Shown piece after piece: positions 10,235 through 20,824 of a DNA stretch of 64,000 bases. Position numbers and translations under genes: made by a program. The DNA is from Candidatus Latescibacterota bacterium (GTDB lineage Bacteria > Latescibacterota > UBA2968 > UBA8231), in the NCBI GenBank assembly GCA_963422735.1, contig OY730476.1:3136001-3200000 (forward strand), written 5' to 3'. The notes under the pieces were generated by a model. It made no database searches and was not told the origin of the DNA. It was given only the letters and a program-made list of their open reading frames with translations. Numbering within the stretch: position 1 is the stretch's first letter; every line of letters starts with the position of its first letter.

Positions 10235-10259
10235 GGGCACCCACAAGGGGTGCCCCTAC
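10235..10259 (-). repeat. GTAG-family REP palindrome
   Basis: Minus strand reads GTAG-GGGCACCC-CTTGT-GGGTGCCC; the TAG of GTAG is the stop codon of the SPFH gene. Confidence 0.7.
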
Positions 10260-11143
10260 TTGGCGTCGCCTAGGTGCATCAGCGGCAGTGGTGCCGGGCT
10301 GTCGCCGTCGATGAAATAGACCTTGGCGGCCGGATCCTTGGAGATGGCTTGCAGGGCTTCGAGCGCTTGGAGCTTGACGTAGTTGGGATTTTTGCCGATG
10401 GCTTCGTTGATCTTGGTGATCTCGTAGGCCCGGGCGTCGGCGAGCAGGCGGCGCTTTTCGGCCTCGGCCGAGGCGGCGTCCTTTTCGGCCTCGGCGGCGG
10501 CGACTTTCTGTTTCTGCTCGGTGGTGAAGCGCTCTAGCTCGGCCTTTTGCTTTTCAACTTCCTGCTCGCGCTCTTTTTTGGCCTCAATGGCCTTGGTGAT
10601 AAAGGGCGGCAGCGAGATATCGCGAATCAACACGGCTTCGACCGCGACCCCTTTGGTGCCCAGATAATCTTTCAGGCCTTCGAGCAGGGCGATCTGCAAC
10701 ATCGCCTGGGTCTCCTCCAAAAAGAAATCCTCGGCGCGTTTGATGCTCTTGCCCTGTTCGCGGATCTGCGACCTCAGCTTGGGGACGATGTGTACGGCGA
10801 GCACGTCGCCAATATTGCCGGTCTCTTTTAGGATGCTCGGCGTTTGGTCGGCGACGAGGCGGTACTGGACACTGACGTCAATCTTGGTCTGTAGCTGGTC
10901 TTGGCTGGGGACGTTGGAGGTTTCGGAGTGGGACTTCTGGCGCACGTCGTAGAAGTGCCATTGGTAGAGCGGGTTGACGGGGATGTGCAAGCCCTCGCCG
11001 AAGTGCTTGGTCTGGACTTCGCCAAAGAGGGTGGCGACGGCGATGTGGCCGGCCGGGACGCTTTGGTAGAAGCGCGGGCTGATGAGGAATACGAGGAATA
11101 CGGCGGCGATGATGGCGAGGATAGACTTAGGTAGCTGGATCAT
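10256..11143 (-). CDS. SPFH/prohibitin (band 7) family membrane protein
   Basis: N-terminal TM, EGLHIPVNP, VLIRDISLP, coiled-coil AIEAKKEREQ; AAGGAGG RBS. Confidence 0.88.
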   Translation of the reverse strand: MIQLPKSILAIIAAVFLVFLISPRFYQSVPAGHIAVATLFGEVQTKHFGEGLHIPVNPLYQWHFYDVRQKSHSETSNVPSQDQLQTKIDVSVQYRLVADQTPSILKETGNIGDVLAVHIVPKLRSQIREQGKSIKRAEDFFLEETQAMLQIALLEGLKDYLGTKGVAVEAVLIRDISLPPFITKAIEAKKEREQEVEKQKAELERFTTEQKQKVAAAEAEKDAASAEAEKRRLLADARAYEITKINEAIGKNPNYVKLQALEALQAISKDPAAKVYFIDGDSPAPLPLMHLGDAK

Positions 11144-11286
11144 GGGGGACCTCCTTACGGGCTGGGACATTTTTACCTACCTTTGTTAGGTGAGGGGAGT
11201 TGGTAGCCTAGAAGGTAAATCCTCTACCTGAAAATGTCCATTAAAACACCCAAGACCATACACTCGGCCGCGAGCGGGCGGATGTT

Positions 11287-12666
11287 GTGCTCCTGACCAT
11301 AAGTACGGTCCATCAACCCGCCACGGACTTGGGCTATCTCCTGCACAAGCATCCGGGCCGCGCCCAAGCCTTCGAGTTGCCCTTCGGGACGGCTCATGTC
11401 TTCTACCCGGAAGCCTCGTCTGAGCGATGCACAGCCGCGTTGTTCCTCGACGTAGATCCAACCACGCTCAAGCGGAGTTCGGCGTCCCCTAACTTCGCGC
11501 TGGCTTCTTATGTCAACGACCGTCCCTACGCGGTCTCTTCTTTTACCAGCGTAGCCATTGCCCGAGTGTTTACCTCGGCCTTGAACGGACAGTGCCGAGA
11601 ACGGGCCGAGCTAGTAGAAAAGGCCCTGCCACTGCGAGTGGGCGTCAGTGCGCTGCCCTGCCGGGGGGGTGAGGACTTGTTGCGCGGCCTCTTTGAGCCG
11701 TTGGGCTATGCGGTGGAGGCTAGAGGCTTCTTGCTCGACGAGCGTTTTCCAGAGTGGGGGAACAGCCCCTATTATGAGGTCGAGTTACAGTGCGGGCGGC
11801 CATTAAAAGAAGTGCTGGCGCATCTGTACGTACTGATACCGGTGCTTGACGACGAGAAGCACTACTACGTGGGCGAGGAAGAGATCGACAAGCTGATGAG
11901 GCGAGGCGAGGAGTGGCTGGCAGGCCACCCGCTGCGCGACCTAGTCGTCGAGCGCTACCTAAAGCACCAGCGAGGTCTGAAGCAGGCCGCGCTGTCGCGG
12001 CTTTTGGTAGAGGAAGCAGGGGAGGCCGAAAGTCACGCGGGCGAAGAGGCACTCGAAGCGGAGCTGAGCTTGAACCAGCAGCGCTTGGCCGCCGTGTTCG
12101 AGGTGCTCAAGGCGAGCGGTGCCCGACGAGTGCTGGACCTTGGCTGTGGGGAAGGACGGCTGCTCGCGCTCTTGGCCGCGGAGGTGCAGTTTGCCGAAGT
12201 GGCGGGGATGGATGTGTCGCCCCAAGCCCTGTCGCGCGCTCGCCGGCGGCTAGCGAGGCTGCCACGCGGCGAACAGGTCGCGGTGTTTCAAGGCTCGCTG
12301 GCCTATCGCGACGCTCGGTTGGGCGGGTACGACGCCGCGGCGTTGGTGGAGGTCGTCGAGCATTTGGATCCGCCGCAGCGACGGGCCTGCGAGCGCGCCG
12401 TGTTCGAGTTCGCCCGCCCCGCTACGGTGGTAATAACCACCCCCAACGCTGAATACAACGCCCATTGGGACGCGCTGCCGGCCGGTGCCTTCCGCCATCC
12501 CGACCACCGCTTTGAGTGGCGGCGGGCGGAATTCGGGGCGTGGGCCGAGCAGGTGGGGAAGCACTATGGATATGCCGTGCGCGTCGCACCCATCGGCCCG
12601 GAGGCCCCTTCGCTAGGTGCGCCGACACAAATGGCGATTTTCTCTGCAGAGGGCATAGGTGGCTGA
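11287..12666 (+). CDS. hen1: 3'-terminal RNA ribose 2'-O-methyltransferase Hen1
   Basis: PATDLGYLLHKHP, YVNDRPY, LYVLIPVLDDEKHY, VLDLGCGEG, EVVEHLD, FRHPDHRFEW. Confidence 0.95.
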   Translation: MLLTISTVHQPATDLGYLLHKHPGRAQAFELPFGTAHVFYPEASSERCTAALFLDVDPTTLKRSSASPNFALASYVNDRPYAVSSFTSVAIARVFTSALNGQCRERAELVEKALPLRVGVSALPCRGGEDLLRGLFEPLGYAVEARGFLLDERFPEWGNSPYYEVELQCGRPLKEVLAHLYVLIPVLDDEKHYYVGEEEIDKLMRRGEEWLAGHPLRDLVVERYLKHQRGLKQAALSRLLVEEAGEAESHAGEEALEAELSLNQQRLAAVFEVLKASGARRVLDLGCGEGRLLALLAAEVQFAEVAGMDVSPQALSRARRRLARLPRGEQVAVFQGSLAYRDARLGGYDAAALVEVVEHLDPPQRRACERAVFEFARPATVVITTPNAEYNAHWDALPAGAFRHPDHRFEWRRAEFGAWAEQVGKHYGYAVRVAPIGPEAPSLGAPTQMAIFSAEGIGG

Positions 12667-15184
12667 CGAGAAAATTCGCCTCTCGATACCCGACCTCTCG
12701 TTGGTGGTGCTAATCGGCGTCTCTAGCGCGGGCAAATCGACCTTTGCCCGCGAGCACTTCCTCCCGACCGAAGTGCTTTCCGCGGACTTTTTTCGCGGAC
12801 TGGTCGCAGACGATGAAAATAGTCTAGAGGCCACAGACGATGCATTTGCCGCCCTGCACTTTGTCGCCGCTCGCCGCTTGGCGCGGGGCCTGTTGACCGT
12901 GGTCGATGCGACCAACGTCCAGCCCGAGGCGCGGAAGCCGCTGGTGGAACTGGCCAAGCGCTATCACGCCCAGCCGGTGGCCATCATCTTCGACCTGCCC
13001 CAATCGCTCTGCAAGGAGCGCGCGGCCGGGCGTACAGACCGCGACTTGCCCCCCCACGTAATCCCCCGGCAACACCGTCAGCTACGCCGCGGCCTCAAGG
13101 GGCTCAAGCGCGAGGGCTTTCGCCGCTCCTTTGCGCTGCGCTCGCCCGCAGACGTGGCGCGGGTCGAAGTGGTGCGGGAAAAGCTGTGGCCCGACCGCCG
13201 CGAGGAGCGCGGTCCGTTTGACATCATCGGCGATGTACACGGGTGTTGCGTCGAACTCGAAGCTCTGCTCGGCCAGCTAGGGTATCGCATCTCAGGGGAA
13301 AAGGTGGAGCCACCGCCGGGGCGCAAGGCCATTTTCGTCGGCGATTTGGTGGACCGCGGCCCCGATGCCCCCGGTGTCCTCGCACTGGTCATGCGCATGG
13401 TGGAGTCAGGCGCGGCGCTGTGCGTACCGGGCAATCACGACGCGCGCTTGATCCGGGCCTTGCAGGGCAGAAAGGTCCAACGCACGCACGGCTTGGCGGA
13501 GACGCTCGCCCAACTCGCCGACGAGACGACGGAGTTTAAGAAAAAAGTCGCGACCTTTCTCGGCGGCCTAGTCAGCCACTACGTCCTCGACGGGGGGGCG
13601 CTGGTTGTAGCGCACGCTGGCATGAAGGAGGAGATGGCTGGCCGCGCCTCCGGGGCCGTGCGTGCATTTGCCCTGTACGGGGACGCCACGGGCGAGGAGG
13701 ACGAATTTGGCTTGCCAGTGCGCCGCAATTGGGCGGCCGAGTATCGGGGTCGCGCCCGCGTGGTCTATGGACACACGCCAGTGGCCCAGCCCGAATGGCT
13801 CAACAACGCGATCAACATCGACACGGGCTGCGTCTTTGGCGGCGCGCTGACGGTGCTGCGCTATCCCGAGCTGGAGCTCGTATCCGTCCCGGCCAAGGCG
13901 CAGTACGCCGACCCGGTCCGCCCCTTGGCAGTGCAACAGACGCACGGCGATGTGCTCGATCTAGCGGATGTGGCCGGGGGCCGGCGCGTCGAGACGCGGT
14001 TGATGGGCCGAGTTACCGTTCATTCGGAGCGGGCGGCTGCGGCGCTGGAGGTGATGAGCCGCTTTGCCGTTGATCACCGATGGTTGGTCTATCTGCCGCC
14101 GACGATGGCCCCGCCCCAAACCAGCACCCGCCCCGACTTGCTCGAACACCCGGACGAGGTCCTGGCGTCCTATCGCCGCTGTGGCGTACGCGAGCTCATC
14201 TGCGAGGAGAAGCAGATGGGTTCGCGGGCCGTGCTGATCGTCTGCCGCGACCCGGCGACAGCACAGCGTCGCTTTGGGGTTGAGGACGGCAGCGCGGGCA
14301 TCTGCTACACGCGCACGGGCCGCCGCTTCTTTACGGATGTAGGCTTGGAAGCGAAGCTCTTGGACTGCTTGCGCCGGGCCTTTGAGCACAGCGAGCTGTG
14401 GCGTGCGCTGGCAACGGACTGGGCGATACTCGACGCCGAGATCATGCCTTGGTCGGCCAAGGCGCAGCAGCTACTTGAAGACCAGTACGCAGCGGTGGGC
14501 GCGGCGGCACGAGTGTCGATGGCAGCGGCCGTGGACGCGCTGGGGCAGGCAGTGGCGCGGGGCGTGGCCGTAGGCGAGCTGTTGAGCCGTTGCCGCGACC
14601 GGGCCGAGTCCGTGGCACACTATGCAGCAGCCTATCGCCCCTATTGCTGGCCAGTGCATTCGCTTAAGGATCTCAAAGTGGCGCCTTTTCACCTCTTGGC
14701 CACGGAGGGGCAGGTTCGCGTCAACCAGACCCATGCATGGCATCTAGAAACCTTGGACAAGCTCTGCGCGGCCGAGCCGGAGTTGCTGTGCGCGATAGAT
14801 CGCCGGCGGGTGGTTTTGGACGATATGCACAGCAGCAGCGCAGCGGTCCAGTGGTGGGAAGAACTGACCGCAAGCGGCAGCGAGGGTTTCGTCGCCAAGC
14901 CCTTGGACTTCGTCTGCACAGACGGACGCGGTCTCGTCCAGCCGGCGCTCAAGTGCCGGGGCCGTGCGTACCTGCGGCTGATCTACGGGCCTGAGTACAC
15001 GGAGCGCATAGATCTTTTGCGCCGCCGCAACCTCAAGGGCAAGCAGGCGTTGGCATTGCGGGAATTCGCGCTGGGGGTGGAGGGCCTGGAGCGGTTTGTC
15101 GCCGGGCAGCCCTTGTACCGGGTACACGAATGCGTCTTTGGGGTCTTGGCGTTGGAAAGTGAGCCGATTGACCCTCGGTTCTAG
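12659..15184 (+). CDS. pnkp: Polynucleotide kinase-phosphatase-ligase Pnkp
   Basis: Kinase GVSSAGKST/DATN, metallophosphoesterase GDVHG/GDLVDRG/GNHD, ligase EEKQMGSR, C-terminus LALESEPIDPR; overlaps hen1. Confidence 0.95.
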   Translation: MADEKIRLSIPDLSLVVLIGVSSAGKSTFAREHFLPTEVLSADFFRGLVADDENSLEATDDAFAALHFVAARRLARGLLTVVDATNVQPEARKPLVELAKRYHAQPVAIIFDLPQSLCKERAAGRTDRDLPPHVIPRQHRQLRRGLKGLKREGFRRSFALRSPADVARVEVVREKLWPDRREERGPFDIIGDVHGCCVELEALLGQLGYRISGEKVEPPPGRKAIFVGDLVDRGPDAPGVLALVMRMVESGAALCVPGNHDARLIRALQGRKVQRTHGLAETLAQLADETTEFKKKVATFLGGLVSHYVLDGGALVVAHAGMKEEMAGRASGAVRAFALYGDATGEEDEFGLPVRRNWAAEYRGRARVVYGHTPVAQPEWLNNAINIDTGCVFGGALTVLRYPELELVSVPAKAQYADPVRPLAVQQTHGDVLDLADVAGGRRVETRLMGRVTVHSERAAAALEVMSRFAVDHRWLVYLPPTMAPPQTSTRPDLLEHPDEVLASYRRCGVRELICEEKQMGSRAVLIVCRDPATAQRRFGVEDGSAGICYTRTGRRFFTDVGLEAKLLDCLRRAFEHSELWRALATDWAILDAEIMPWSAKAQQLLEDQYAAVGAAARVSMAAAVDALGQAVARGVAVGELLSRCRDRAESVAHYAAAYRPYCWPVHSLKDLKVAPFHLLATEGQVRVNQTHAWHLETLDKLCAAEPELLCAIDRRRVVLDDMHSSSAAVQWWEELTASGSEGFVAKPLDFVCTDGRGLVQPALKCRGRAYLRLIYGPEYTERIDLLRRRNLKGKQALALREFALGVEGLERFVAGQPLYRVHECVFGVLALESEPIDPRF

Positions 15185-15264
15185 GAATGGGCCGCTTGCG
15201 CCGCGGCCCACTGTCTCGGTATTATCAAGCAGTACGTCCAGTACGTCTCGACGGAGGACAGACC

Positions 15265-15834
15265 ATGATTAGCATTACCGAAGCGGCAGAAAAGAAAATT
15301 GCCAACCTAGTCGCCGAGAGCGAAAAGCCGGTCAAGGGCCTGCGCATCGGCGCCCGTCTCGATCCTGCCAAGCAGGTTGACTACAAGCTGGCATTCATAT
15401 CCGACCAGCAGGTAGGCAGCGACGATCAGGTCTCCCACTTCGCGGGTTTTGACGTGTACATGGATCCCGAAAGTGCCGACTTGTTGGCGGAAGCCAAGGT
15501 GGATTACGTAGATGGGCTTATGGGTTCGGGCTTCAAGATCGAGCACCCGCGCAAGATGCCCGCGCACCTGAGCGGCCCGGTGGCCGAGGCCGTGCATCGC
15601 GTCATCGAAACCCAAATCAACCCGGGCGTAGCCGCGCACGGCGGCGTGGTGACTTTAGTGGACATCAAGGGCAACACGGTCTTCGTGCAGATGGGCGGGG
15701 GCTGTCAGGGCTGTGGCCAAGCGGATGCGACGCTCAAACAAGGCATCATTCGCATGATCAAGGAAGCGGTGCCCGAGGTGGAAGCCGTAGTTGACGCGAC
15801 GGATCACGCCTCAGGAGAAAACCCGTACTATTAG
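15265..15834 (+). CDS. nfuA: Fe-S cluster biogenesis protein NfuA (degenerate A-type domain + NifU-C)
   Basis: ISITEAA, INPGVAAHGG, GGGCQGC, TDHASGENPYY; GGAGG RBS. Confidence 0.88.
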   Translation: MISITEAAEKKIANLVAESEKPVKGLRIGARLDPAKQVDYKLAFISDQQVGSDDQVSHFAGFDVYMDPESADLLAEAKVDYVDGLMGSGFKIEHPRKMPAHLSGPVAEAVHRVIETQINPGVAAHGGVVTLVDIKGNTVFVQMGGGCQGCGQADATLKQGIIRMIKEAVPEVEAVVDATDHASGENPYY

Positions 15835-15851
15835 TCCCGAGGAGAGGATCT

Positions 15852-16655
15852 ATGACAACGGCGTTGCCGTTGGTGGCGCGGCCCGATCTTGAGGGCTATG
15901 TGCAGGCGATGAAGGAAGATGGGTACGCCTATTTTCCCAAGGTGCTCAACGAGCAAGAGATCGCCGAGTTGCGCCAAGCCATGGACGATCTGACCGCGCT
16001 GGAGGAAAGCTACGATCGCCACACCGACCCGGCCGTACACGGCTTTCTCAACAAGAGCATCAACAACGCCTTCAACCGCGCGCCGATCTTCGCCCAGTAC
16101 TTGGACCGGCCCGAAATCATCGACCTAGTTGAGGCGGTACACGGCGACGACTGCCACTGCATCGGCATGACGGCCTGGATGACCGGCCCGGGCCGCCCGG
16201 ACCAAACCCTGCACGCCGACTGGCAGCCGCTGACCCTGCCCGAAGCAGTCATGGACCACCCAGAGGTAGAGATTCCGATCTTTATCACTACGGCCCATTA
16301 CTATCTCGACGATCTGACCGAGGATCTGGGGCCGACCCACTTCGTGCCGGGCAGCCACCGCGCGGGTCGGCGGCCCCGAGCGGGCGAGACCAGCTTTAAG
16401 GACGTTGAGGAGCAGAGCATCATGTGTAAGGCCGGCGACTGCGTGCTGTTCCGCTGCGAGGTCTGGCACCGGGGCACGGCCAATACGAGCGAGCAGACGC
16501 GCTACCTGCTCCAAGTACACTACGCCCAGCGCATTATCACCCAGAAGTATCCACCCTATCTGAACAAACTCCAATTCGACGCGGCCCTGTTGGCGCGGGC
16601 CACACCACGGCAGAGGCGACTTTTGGGCGACCACGTGCCGAGCAATTACGACTAG
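15852..16655 (+). CDS. Phytanoyl-CoA dioxygenase (PhyH) family protein
   Basis: EDGYAYF, QTLHAD, GPTHFVPGSH, VWHRG. Confidence 0.88.
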   Translation: MTTALPLVARPDLEGYVQAMKEDGYAYFPKVLNEQEIAELRQAMDDLTALEESYDRHTDPAVHGFLNKSINNAFNRAPIFAQYLDRPEIIDLVEAVHGDDCHCIGMTAWMTGPGRPDQTLHADWQPLTLPEAVMDHPEVEIPIFITTAHYYLDDLTEDLGPTHFVPGSHRAGRRPRAGETSFKDVEEQSIMCKAGDCVLFRCEVWHRGTANTSEQTRYLLQVHYAQRIITQKYPPYLNKLQFDAALLARATPRQRRLLGDHVPSNYD

Positions 16656-16710
16656 AAGCTATCTCATATACCCGGATTACGGCCCCCGCCGAATGGATGA
16701 ATAACGCACT

Positions 16711-17082
16711 ATGGCTGATTCCCCCATATCCGTCCTGCTCTTCGAGGACAATCCCATTCACGCCCGCCTATTGCAGAGCTTGCTGAAACCGGAATTTGCC
16801 GTGGAAGCGGTCGATCATTTAGCCGCTGGCTTGGCGCGGTTAGAAGCCGGCGGCATCGACGCAATCCTCCTCGACCTAGTGCTGCCCGACAGCCAAGAGT
16901 TGGCCACGTTCGAGCGCGTCAAAGCAACCGTCCCTAATGTCCCCGTACTGGTCCTGACCGGCCTCGATGACGAAGTGCTCGCCGAAGAGGCCGTAGCGGC
17001 CGGCGCCCGCGATTACCTAATCAAAACGCAGATCGATGGCGAGAGTTTGGCCCGGTCTATCCGGGCGGCCGTAGTGGGTTAG
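16711..17082 (+). CDS. Single-domain response regulator
   Basis: [24 protein letters not shown]. Confidence 0.9.
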   Translation: MADSPISVLLFEDNPIHARLLQSLLKPEFAVEAVDHLAAGLARLEAGGIDAILLDLVLPDSQELATFERVKATVPNVPVLVLTGLDDEVLAEEAVAAGARDYLIKTQIDGESLARSIRAAVVG

Positions 17083-17084
17083 CG

Positions 17085-19961
17085 ATGGGGGGCGATCCCC
17101 GTTTTCTGCGCTGGACCGGCTGGCTGGCGCGATTGGCAGCCTCCACGAGTGTGCTAGGGGGTGCGCTGGTGCTGTGGGGCTGGAACGCCAACGACGAATA
17201 TCTCAAAAGCTTCATGCACGTCAGTTGGGTGGCGACGCATCCGCTCGTGGCGATGGAGTTTATCTTAGCTGGCGCGGCGCTTTTGTTGCTGCGAGCCGAG
17301 CCGCTGAGCCGCTGGCGGCGGTATGCGGGCGTGGTGCTGGGGGCGACCGTGGTGCTGATCGCTGTACTCAAGTTGGTCGGCTACCAGTACAACTGGGAGC
17401 GGGGTGTCGACACGTATCTTTTTTATTTTAAGCTGGGCGGCTACCGGATGTCGCCCAATGCGGCTTTTTCCTTTTTACTGATAGGCTTGGCTTTGGTGCT
17501 GATGGATGTGCGGATGAGGGGCCGCGCCTATCTGCCGCAGATCTGCGTACTCGCGGCAACGGCCATTGGGCTTTTGTCGATGAGTAGCTACTTCCACAAC
17601 GTGCTTCTGCTCTACGGGATAGCCGGGTATGTGCCGGTCGTCCCGGACACGGCGACCGAATTCCTCATCCTCTGCTCTGGTCTGCTTTGCGCCCGCCCGC
17701 ACCGCGAGCCGATCGCCACCATAATCAGCACTACGGAGGGCGGCTCGGTGGCTCGCCGCCTCTTGCCGGCCGCCTTTGCAATCCCCCTCGTGCTCGACTG
17801 GGTGCGCATGCAGGGTGAGGCTCTCTATGGCTACGAGTTTGGTCTCTCTCTCTTTACGCTGCTCAACATCTTGGCCTTTGCCCTGCTCATTTGGTGGAAC
17901 GCCGCGTCGCTTTCGCGGGTCGATGCGGAAAGGCGGCACTCGGAAGAGCAGCTACAAGAGCAATACCGCCTAACCGCGGCGACAGCGCAGTCCGAGCACG
18001 AGGCCCTGTTGGCACTTGAAGATTCGCAAGAGGCCCTGCGCGGCGCTAAGGAGCAGGCCGAAGCGGCCAATCACGCCAAGAGCGCCTTCTTGGCCAATAT
18101 GAGCCACGAAATCCGCACCCCAATGAATGGCATCATCGGCATGACCGAGCTCTTGGGGCGCACCCGGCTCGAATCTCAGCAGCGCAACTACTTGACCTTG
18201 GTGCAGCAGTCGGCTGAATCCTTGCTATCCCTACTCAACGACATCCTCGATTTCTCCAAAGTCGAAGCAGGACGCTTAGCTCTGGAGAAGATCGAGTTCG
18301 GCCTGCGCGACGAGGTGGGCAATACCGTGCAGACACTGGCTATGCACGCGGCGAGTAAAAACATAGAGCTCGTGTGCCACATCCCCGCGGACGTACCCGA
18401 CCGCTTGGTCGGCGACCCGCGCCGCTTGCGCCAAGTGGTGATCAACTTGGTGGGCAATGCCGTCAAGTTTACCGAAGAGGGCGAAGTGGAAGTTGGCCTA
18501 GCAGTGGAAGAGGCATTGCCGGACGCCGTGTGCTTGCGCTTGTGGGTGCGCGACACCGGGATCGGTATCGCGCCGGAGAAACAGGCACGGATCTTCGACT
18601 CTTTCAGCCAAGTCGATAGCTCGACCTCGCGCCGCTTTGGCGGCTCCGGCTTGGGCTTGGCCATTTCGCAGCAGCTAGTCGAGCTGATGGGGGGTCGCAT
18701 CTGGGTCGAGAGCGAGGAGGGCAAAGGCAGCACCTTTTACTGCACGATCCGCTTAGGGCGGGGGACCCCGGAGACCAAGCGCACCGATCTGGTCTCGCTG
18801 CGGGGGATAAAAGTCTTAGTTGTTGACGACCATGCAACCAATCGGCGGATCCTCGAAGAGATCCTGAAAAGCTGGGCGATGGAAGTCGAGCTCGTGGAGA
18901 GCGGCTCGGCGGCAATAGCAGCCTTAGAGGCTGCGGCGCAGTCTTTCGATGTGGTGCTGATGGATCTGATGATGCCGGATATGGACGGCCTAGAAACGGT
19001 AGCGAGGATCCGCGAGAACGCGGCGTTTGCCCAAGTGCCAGTGCTACTGCTTTCCTCGGCCGACCGAGCCGAGTACAGCGCGCGGTCGCGCTCCTTGGGC
19101 ATTGCCCGCAGCCTGATCAAACCGGTCAAGCAGTCCGACCTGCTAGAGGCCATTGGCGCGGCCCTTAAAGCCGACCCGCCGGTGGAGACGCACGGTTCAA
19201 GGCGCGGTGAAGTGCCCGGAGACGAGCCGGGGGCGGTCGAGAGCCTCCGCATCCTCTTGGCCGAGGATGGGGTGATCAACCAGCAAGTAGCCGTGCGACT
19301 CTTAGAAGATCGCGGCCACTCAGTCGTGGTGGTGAACAATGGCCGCGCAGCCGTGGAGCAGGTGGCCGCACAGTCCTTTGACGTGGTGCTGATGGATGTG
19401 CAAATGCCGAAGATGGACGGCCTAGAAGCCACGGCGGCCATTCGCCAAACAGAGACGCCGACCGGTGGGCACATCCCAATCATCGCCATGACCGCCCACG
19501 CCATGAAAGGCGACCGCGACCGCTTCTTGGCGGCGGGCATGGACGGTTATGTCGCCAAGCCCGTGCGCCCGCACGAGCTGTACGCGGCCGTGGAGGGATT
19601 AGCATTAGTACCTGTGGATTTGCCCTTCGAGTGGGAAGCCGCGCTCGAGCGCGTTGGCGGCGACGAGGCCCTGCTGCGCGACCTAGTGGAGATGTTTTTT
19701 GCCGAATGCCCCAAGCTGATGCAGCAGGTCCGCGAGCACATCGCCGGCGCAGACGGCCCCGCATTGCGGCGGGCCGCACATACGCTCAAGGGATCGGCGC
19801 ATGTTTTCGGGGCTGATGCAGTAGCTGAGTCCTCGCATCGGTTGGAGGAAATCGGACGCGAGGAAGCGTTTGCCGACGCTGAGGAGGCCCTAGCGTTGCT
19901 GGAGGATGAAGTGGCGCGGTTGCTGCCGGCCTTGCGGGAGCGAGTTGCGACTAACGCGTAA
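17085..19961 (+). CDS. Membrane hybrid histidine kinase (HisKA-HATPase-REC-REC-Hpt)
   Basis: Several TM segments, [31 protein letters not shown], two receiver domains, AHTLKGS. Confidence 0.93.
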   Translation: MGGDPRFLRWTGWLARLAASTSVLGGALVLWGWNANDEYLKSFMHVSWVATHPLVAMEFILAGAALLLLRAEPLSRWRRYAGVVLGATVVLIAVLKLVGYQYNWERGVDTYLFYFKLGGYRMSPNAAFSFLLIGLALVLMDVRMRGRAYLPQICVLAATAIGLLSMSSYFHNVLLLYGIAGYVPVVPDTATEFLILCSGLLCARPHREPIATIISTTEGGSVARRLLPAAFAIPLVLDWVRMQGEALYGYEFGLSLFTLLNILAFALLIWWNAASLSRVDAERRHSEEQLQEQYRLTAATAQSEHEALLALEDSQEALRGAKEQAEAANHAKSAFLANMSHEIRTPMNGIIGMTELLGRTRLESQQRNYLTLVQQSAESLLSLLNDILDFSKVEAGRLALEKIEFGLRDEVGNTVQTLAMHAASKNIELVCHIPADVPDRLVGDPRRLRQVVINLVGNAVKFTEEGEVEVGLAVEEALPDAVCLRLWVRDTGIGIAPEKQARIFDSFSQVDSSTSRRFGGSGLGLAISQQLVELMGGRIWVESEEGKGSTFYCTIRLGRGTPETKRTDLVSLRGIKVLVVDDHATNRRILEEILKSWAMEVELVESGSAAIAALEAAAQSFDVVLMDLMMPDMDGLETVARIRENAAFAQVPVLLLSSADRAEYSARSRSLGIARSLIKPVKQSDLLEAIGAALKADPPVETHGSRRGEVPGDEPGAVESLRILLAEDGVINQQVAVRLLEDRGHSVVVVNNGRAAVEQVAAQSFDVVLMDVQMPKMDGLEATAAIRQTETPTGGHIPIIAMTAHAMKGDRDRFLAAGMDGYVAKPVRPHELYAAVEGLALVPVDLPFEWEAALERVGGDEALLRDLVEMFFAECPKLMQQVREHIAGADGPALRRAAHTLKGSAHVFGADAVAESSHRLEEIGREEAFADAEEALALLEDEVARLLPALRERVATNA

Positions 19962-19982
19962 AGCCGAAGGGGAAAGAAGACG

Positions 19983-20312
19983 ATGGAGCGAGTTTATACC
20001 ACGCAGGACTTAGCCATGCTCAGCCACCTCAGAAACGCGCTGGCCGCGCAGGGCATTGAATGCGTTTTGCGCGGTCAGCACCTGCTCGGCGGAGTGGGCG
20101 AATTGCCCCCGATTGAGTGCTGGCCGGAGTTGTGGGTCTTGGACGACAGACAGGTCACAGCAGCAAAGTTGCACATTGACACCCTATTTGCAATGACTGT
20201 AAAAGAAGAGACACCTTGGACTTGCGCCGCGTGCGGCGAGGAGTGCCCGGGGGCGTTTACGGACTGTTGGAGCTGTGGGGCGGTGCGGGCTGAAAAGAGC
20301 GAAACGCCCTAA
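19983..20312 (+). CDS. DUF2007 domain protein with C-terminal zinc ribbon
   Basis: LAAQGIEC, GELPPIECWPELWV, WTCAACGEE...CWSCG. Confidence 0.8.
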   Translation: MERVYTTQDLAMLSHLRNALAAQGIECVLRGQHLLGGVGELPPIECWPELWVLDDRQVTAAKLHIDTLFAMTVKEETPWTCAACGEECPGAFTDCWSCGAVRAEKSETP

Positions 20313-20339
20313 ACACAGCCTCTATCGGAAGTGGGCACG

Positions 20340-20447
20340 ATGGAACGAGATGGGGTCAGTTTACCAAAGCCGAGCGGCCGAAATCTCGGCACTAGGCCGA
20401 TTCGAGTTCGTACAATATAGACGAAATAGCAGAGGAAGTGGACCGTG
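20340..20447 (+). pseudogene. UPF0175 family antitoxin remnant
   Basis: RWNEMGSVYQSRAAEISALGRFEF resembles UPF0175 WYE.G.VSQ.RAAEIAGLSR.EF; no intact start. Confidence 0.55.
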
Positions 20448-20767
20448 AGTGATGGTTGGGTCCTCAATGCCTCGCCAATCATTACCCTAGCCAAAGTTGG
20501 TCATCTGGAGAAGTCCTAAGCTGGAGTCTGGGTGCAGGAGAGACTGAGGTGCTTTCTGTGGCTCTGGAAAAATCTGGCTGGATAGCTGTTATAGATGACG
20601 CTGCCGCTGGGGTATGTGCTCGGTCATTAGGTTGTGTTACGTGCGAAAAGACGAGGACTAGTCGAGTCTGCCGCCAAAATTATCCGCGAGTTGCGCCATG
20701 TAGGTCTATAGACGATCAATTCGTCCGATTCGTGCTTAAACAGGTCGTTGGAGAGGATTGGCCATAA
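20445..20767 (+). pseudogene. DUF3368 (PIN-like) protein pseudogene
   Basis: WVLNASPIITLAKVGHL, LGAGETEVLSVA...IDDAAA, AKRRGLV...IIRELR and VLKQVVGE lie in different frames with segments missing. Confidence 0.75.
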
Positions 20768-20824
20768 ATAGCTAGCAAAGTCGGCAATGACTATGAACTA
20801 TTTTACTGTAGAGGAAACTCGTCA

